A stretch of 64,000 bases of DNA from positions 161,870,312 through 161,934,311 of the forward strand of contig CM097886.1 in the NCBI GenBank assembly GCA_044892525.1. Reading direction: 5' to 3'. The DNA is from Schmidtea polychroa (Eukaryota). This document shows positions 58,919-64,000 of the stretch, piece by piece; the first letter of the stretch is position 1, and the number at the start of each line of letters is the position of its first letter. A program made the translations under genes and the position numbers. The notes under the pieces were generated by a model. That model was not told where the DNA came from and made no database searches. It was given only the letters and a program-made list of their open reading frames with translations.

Positions 58919-58989
58919 TATATATATATATATTTATTATTAAAAAAATAAAATTATCTTTAGTACAGTAAAAAATCTTAGACTCGCGC

Positions 58990-61560
58990 GGAAATAATAA
59001 AGTTAGGGGAACTAAATTTTTTATTTAAAACATGACATATATGTAGGATATATTTCTCGACATTGCTTTCATTTATACTGACGCACTCTATCAACGATTC
59101 ACCATTGATTCAAAAACCATTTCGAAAAGTTCTTGTGCCTTCACCAAAAGCAATTTCGTTATATTTTTCATCAAATCATACTTTAATTAAAATATTTTAA
59201 TTTTCTGCGAATGATTGAACAATCAAAAATCACTAGGTGCAAGATCTTGGCAGTATGATGGATGGTCCAACTGCAAAAATCCACACTTGCTACTGTTTAT
59301 TGTGTGCAATAAGATGCGTGAACTGGAGCGTTGTTATGGAGCAAACAGAAGTCTTGATTTTGTGGGTTGTATCGTATGGTTCTGACTTCATTGATCAAAG
59401 TGGTGTAGTACTCTGAGTTGATGTTGTGGAACGCACTTTTTCAAGGTTAAATCAGGTATTTGAGGTGTCATCAATGTGAAACGAAGGCTTAACTTTACAA
59501 AGACTTATGTAGTTCGTTTACTATAATCGTTATGGTGCTATTTTATGGATGGGCTTTCACAAATTTGAAAGACCTACTATTCCGAGGTTGCAGAGAAGTT
59601 GGGCATTTTATTAACAACCAGACATATGATGCGCCAAGAAGATTATTTGGTATATAGATCTTTACATTTTCTGAAGAACGTGGCATGATATTAAGATTTT
59701 GAAAGTAATTTCGAACTGCTTTGAGGTATATGTCCTCTGATGGTGCGTCTGGGTAAAACAGATAGTAACATTTCCATTAATATTCGTTAACCACTTGCCG
59801 GGCGATTTTTTTTTCATGTTTTCGGTCAAAAAAAAACTATTTTTTTTTAAATCATTAATTAATAGTATATAATCAAAATATAACGTAAATATTTTTTTTT
59901 AATTTTCCGAGTTTGTATTCACTAATTATTAATTATTGTTATTATATAAAAAAAATAAGAGCCACTGTGTAGATATCATCTCTTAGGATATTAAATAAGA
60001 GTTCCATCATAAAATTAGTCAACTGTGAGGCTATAAATAATGAACCCGCTCGATGAACCCATTTTATAAATCAATAAAATATATTTTTAACAGTTAAAAA
60101 TGAAATAGTTTAAAGTACACACACATACACAAACAAAAAAACAGTTTGAAAAACACGAAATGTCCGAAGAACGAAGTGAAACAATTCAAAAACGATGCAG
60201 TCGCGCGCGTGGTTATTGGACAACTGATATTTTAGAAAATATGAAAAAAATACGAACCTGGAATTCATGTGTGTATAGCCGATAATTCACATGTGTTTAT
60301 AAAAAAAATGACCTATGAAATGGCAGTTTAGAACATAAATATCGTAAAATAATGTTGTTTGAAATATCGATCATATGTTAGTCCACGCCCGGGATCAGAT
60401 TTCTTATTCAAAGGACAATATTTTTTCTATATGAGTTTGCGCTCACATGTGAGCGCTCGCCCGAAATGGTACACATTTTTTGTACTAATATTTGGGCGCG
60501 CGCCCGGCAAGTGGTTAAATCTAACACTCTATTTCCAAATAATATATTTAATATAAAATCCGAATATTTATACAAAATAGCAGTTTAAATATCGTCACTC
60601 AGACCGTTCACTAAGGCAGTATTAGACCCAAAAAGAAGCTGGGCAGGCGATGAACGATAACGGCTACTGGTTATATTTCTCCAACCTAAAAGTATAAGTG
60701 AAGCTACACATGAACAATTGTTAGTTATTGAAAAGTGCTCGTAGAGTTTTTTTAGTGTTCTATGGAATCTTTCTACAAGGCCATTTGTTTGAGGGTGGTA
60801 TCCCGTTGTTCGCAGTTTCGGTTATTCCAATAATTTCATGATGGAACGAAATAGATTGGGTTCAAATTGTCTGCCTTAGCCAATTTTGATGTGTTTAGGT
60901 GTTCCAAAACGTGAAACCCAATTGTTAACAAAAATCTCGATAACTTTCTCTCTGTTGATTGAATAATGTATAGGAAACTTTTCTGGTGTTTCCATCAATC
61001 ATTGTCAAAATGTAAATATATGCTCGTGATGGTGGTAAGGGTCAAACAATATCAATATAGACTGTATCGAAGTGACTACTTGTTGGGTAATGTATAAGTG
61101 GGGGAATTGTATGTCAGGACATTTTGTTATTTTGGCAACTAAAACAGAATTTACACCATAGTTTTACGTATTTTAGCATGAAAGGCCATATAACTTTTGT
61201 TCTTAAAAGTTCATAGGTGGCCCGAATTTGAGAATGAGTATTTTCATGAACGGCCTTAAATGCTGAGTTCTGCGAACTTTTCCAAGAACTGAGTAGGTCA
61301 AATCAAAGTAAATGTCATGGCGCTAAGATGGTGCTGTTTTGATTAGTTTTAGCTCATTCAAATTTAATGAATTCTAATTGATCAAAAAGAAGTTCAAATG
61401 ATATGTTACATATCTCACCTCGTGAAAGGCAATACACTACTACGTTATTTGCAGCAGCAATGTATTCAATATTCAGATCAAATTCTGATAGATAATCAAT
61501 CGATCTTTGCCGTCATAGCAAGACAGTATAGCAGCGGTTTCTGATCTGTGATAACCAAAA
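58990..61560 (-). mobile_element. Heavily decayed Ty3/gypsy pol relic
   Basis: Integrase remnants FDTVYIDIV*PLPPSRAYIYILTMIDG near 60960-61090, related to the 16.5-21.7 kb family. Limits approximate. Confidence 0.6.
59791..60514. mobile_element. piggyBac-type non-autonomous element
   Basis: TTAA TSD and perfect 14-bp TIR CCACTTGCCGGGCG. Confidence 0.93.
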
Positions 61561-62203
61561 ACTTAATAGAAAGATGGACTCCTATGAGCTTCATGACCAA
61601 ATCTCAACTGTCTTTCTTCGATAATAAGGTTTTATGTTTGAATTCTATATTGTTATGTTAATTGCTAAGTATCCCTCAACATTGTTCATTATCGACGATG
61701 ATCAACAAAAGACTAAAATTATTAAATATATAGACAAAACTTGAAATAAATTTGTAATAACAGGATGAATAAAATTAATTATAATGAATAAAGAATGAGT
61801 TTGAATTTATCCATGATGATTCCAAGTATAGCTAGTTTAATATAAAATTTTAATTTAAAGATTAGGATTTCTTTCATATTTTATAAATAATTTAATTACA
61901 GAATAAATACGATTTGGCTTTCTAATGGTGAATACATTATCGAGGGGGACCGTTTATATTTTCTTATAAAACGTACGATAAATAAATATAGAACAACTTA
62001 AACTCCTTGATCTAGCTATATTAAATTTAATTTACCTTGCAATCTGAATTGTGTTATAACCTTAAAAGTTTAAAAATTTGGTCATTATAGTTAAAACTTG
62101 TAATTATCAAAAAATAAGAAATATTGTTTTTAAATTAATATTTTTCAAATTAATTTTACAAAATAATTACAACTCAATTTTACGTAATACCTTGAACATT
62201 ATA

Positions 62204-62981
62204 CGCCCGTTTTCACTGAATGAACGCATCTATAATGTAAAAATAAAATCAATGCGTGTATATTATGTAAACATACAAACTTACCTGTGTGTTGATTTTT
62301 AGCGTTGCAATGAATAAACGCATTTAATATAGAAAGTGAGAAAGTGGTAGAAAAAATAAACTGACACACAAAAACATAACACATAGTAAAAAATGAATGC
62401 AAATTTTCGATATGTAGAATCGTTGTAATGAATAAACGCACTATAATAAATCATTTACAGACATTTTTAGAAAATTTTAGAAAAAAATGACCGATAAAAT
62501 TTTGAGATTTATCTTCAATTTTTAATAATTTTAATATTAGTTTTTTTTAATTTGACTAATTAATCCCCTTAAAAATGTTTATTTTTATTTAAAAATATAT
62601 CTGACTTACATTATATCGAAATAATTCCAAATAACTTCATAAAATTTCATAAAAATCCTAAAGAAAATCCTGAAAAATTAATTAAAAATAATTTATAATA
62701 AAAAATGTTAATAAAAAATATCATTTAAGAGCTTGAATAATAATCTCATATCTATATGGATCAAAATTCAAACCTTAAAGTTTACTTTAAATAAAAAAAA
62801 TATTTCTAAAATGGCTAAATACAAATAGTTAAAATAGCTAAATAAGTAGTTACACCAACCGGCAATTGATTACTGAATTTATTACGGCACAAAAATTCTA
62901 TCACAAATAATGACACATCTATAATATAAGTTGTACATACCAGCCCATATTATATATGCGTTTATTCAGTGCAAACGGGTG
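62204..62981. mobile_element. TA-flanked MITE (family B, copy 2)
   Basis: TA TSD. TIRs CGCCCGTTTTCACTGAATGAACGCA / CACCCGTTTGCACTGAATAAACGCA. Core homologous to 35117-36029. Confidence 0.82.
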
Positions 62982-64000
62982 TATACTCTTTTTCAACTCA
63001 TTTTAGTTCGATAAAACGCTTTTTTACTTTATATTTCCAATTTTACGGTTCACGGGTAGATTATCTATTATTCATAATCTTTATTTATATATACTGACTA
63101 AAACAAGATAATATTGTGCAATATACAGCTATGAGTTTATTAAGTACCTGGTCTAGTTGTAAAACATCGGTAACGGTATATTTTAACATAAGGACAAGAG
63201 AATGTAAGCTTTATTTTTCAATATTGAACACATTGTTGGGTATATTGTAGTTTGTCGGGGATTGTTGAACTACCAATTACTGGTCTGACTCCGAGCGCGT
63301 TATTTAATAACTACAATGACAAATCCATCAACTACTTTTGATTTAATAATTCAATACACATTTTTTCTTTTTGTCTCTCTTTTAACTCTTTTCCAGGTTC
63401 TCAATAATTTATTTAAAAAGTCCTTACAACATTTTCTAGTCCCTCCCTAGTTTTTGTCCAGTTTTTACACCAAGCCATTTATTTCCATTTATTGATAATG
63501 CATTCATTTTATTCACCTGCTCCACTGGGTACTCTGTAATCTCAGACAGCTGTCGAGATGCTTTTGTGACGATCCCATTTTTCGGGTTCTCCATGTCCTG
63601 TCTTTTCTTTATCTCAAATAGGCCATCGAGATAACAAGATAAGTTTACCTTTGTTATTTCTTTTTGTTTTTCTTCTTTTGTACTTGTACATGTTAATTAA
63701 GAATGACCTTTTTTATTCAATAGTTTGTTTTATTGATTTTCTTCTATTCCCTTTTCATTTTCAATATCTCTTTTCCACTTCTATTTCACTGAGTTCCAGA
63801 ACAATACCCTATTCATTTATCATTATTTTACGCTTTTAATAATTTTTTTTATTATTTAGGTATCCTCAACAACATTCTGCTACTCACATTTTACCACCAT
63901 AAAATATCCTTGATAGTGATTTGGTATTCTTTCGTCACAATTTGGAAACATTCCTCTTCTTTTTGGTCAGAAATTTCAAAATGACGACTAACTTTCTCAT

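Noticed and set aside
63860-64000. Candidate last exon of the CREC gene after ttattttag
   Set aside because: No frame gives an EF-hand or a retention signal; it looks like degraded TE sequence.

Overview
AT-rich (roughly 70% AT by eye) eukaryotic genomic DNA, most likely from a fast-evolving invertebrate animal; the taxon cannot be fixed from sequence alone. Two host genes are recognisable. One is a complete 7-exon PP2A scaffold A subunit gene (+, 22297-45879, 588 aa). The other is part of a CREC-family (calumenin/reticulocalbin-like) EF-hand gene (+, 54837-55576). Both mix tiny 38-46 bp introns with kb-sized introns filled with transposons. The rest is a dense, nested set of mobile elements: Ty3/gypsy, BEL, Penelope and DIRS-like relics; hAT, pogo/Tigger, Tc1, piggyBac, Mutator and Helitron elements; and solo LTRs. 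Two transposases have intact ORFs (Tc1 DD34E at 32895-34097, hAT at 56058-58223). The most unusual signals are cell-death and ubiquitin-type modules sitting in or next to retroelement sequence: (i) a decayed Gag polyprotein with two ubiquitin-like domains and no protease after its zinc knuckles; (ii) an IAP-type RING E3 ORF with its own TATA promoter next to that element's LTR; (iii) a spliced, decayed Bcl-2-family gene packed with two other small ORFs between gag relics inside the last PP2A intron. All domain calls are by-eye motif recognition; no database search was run.
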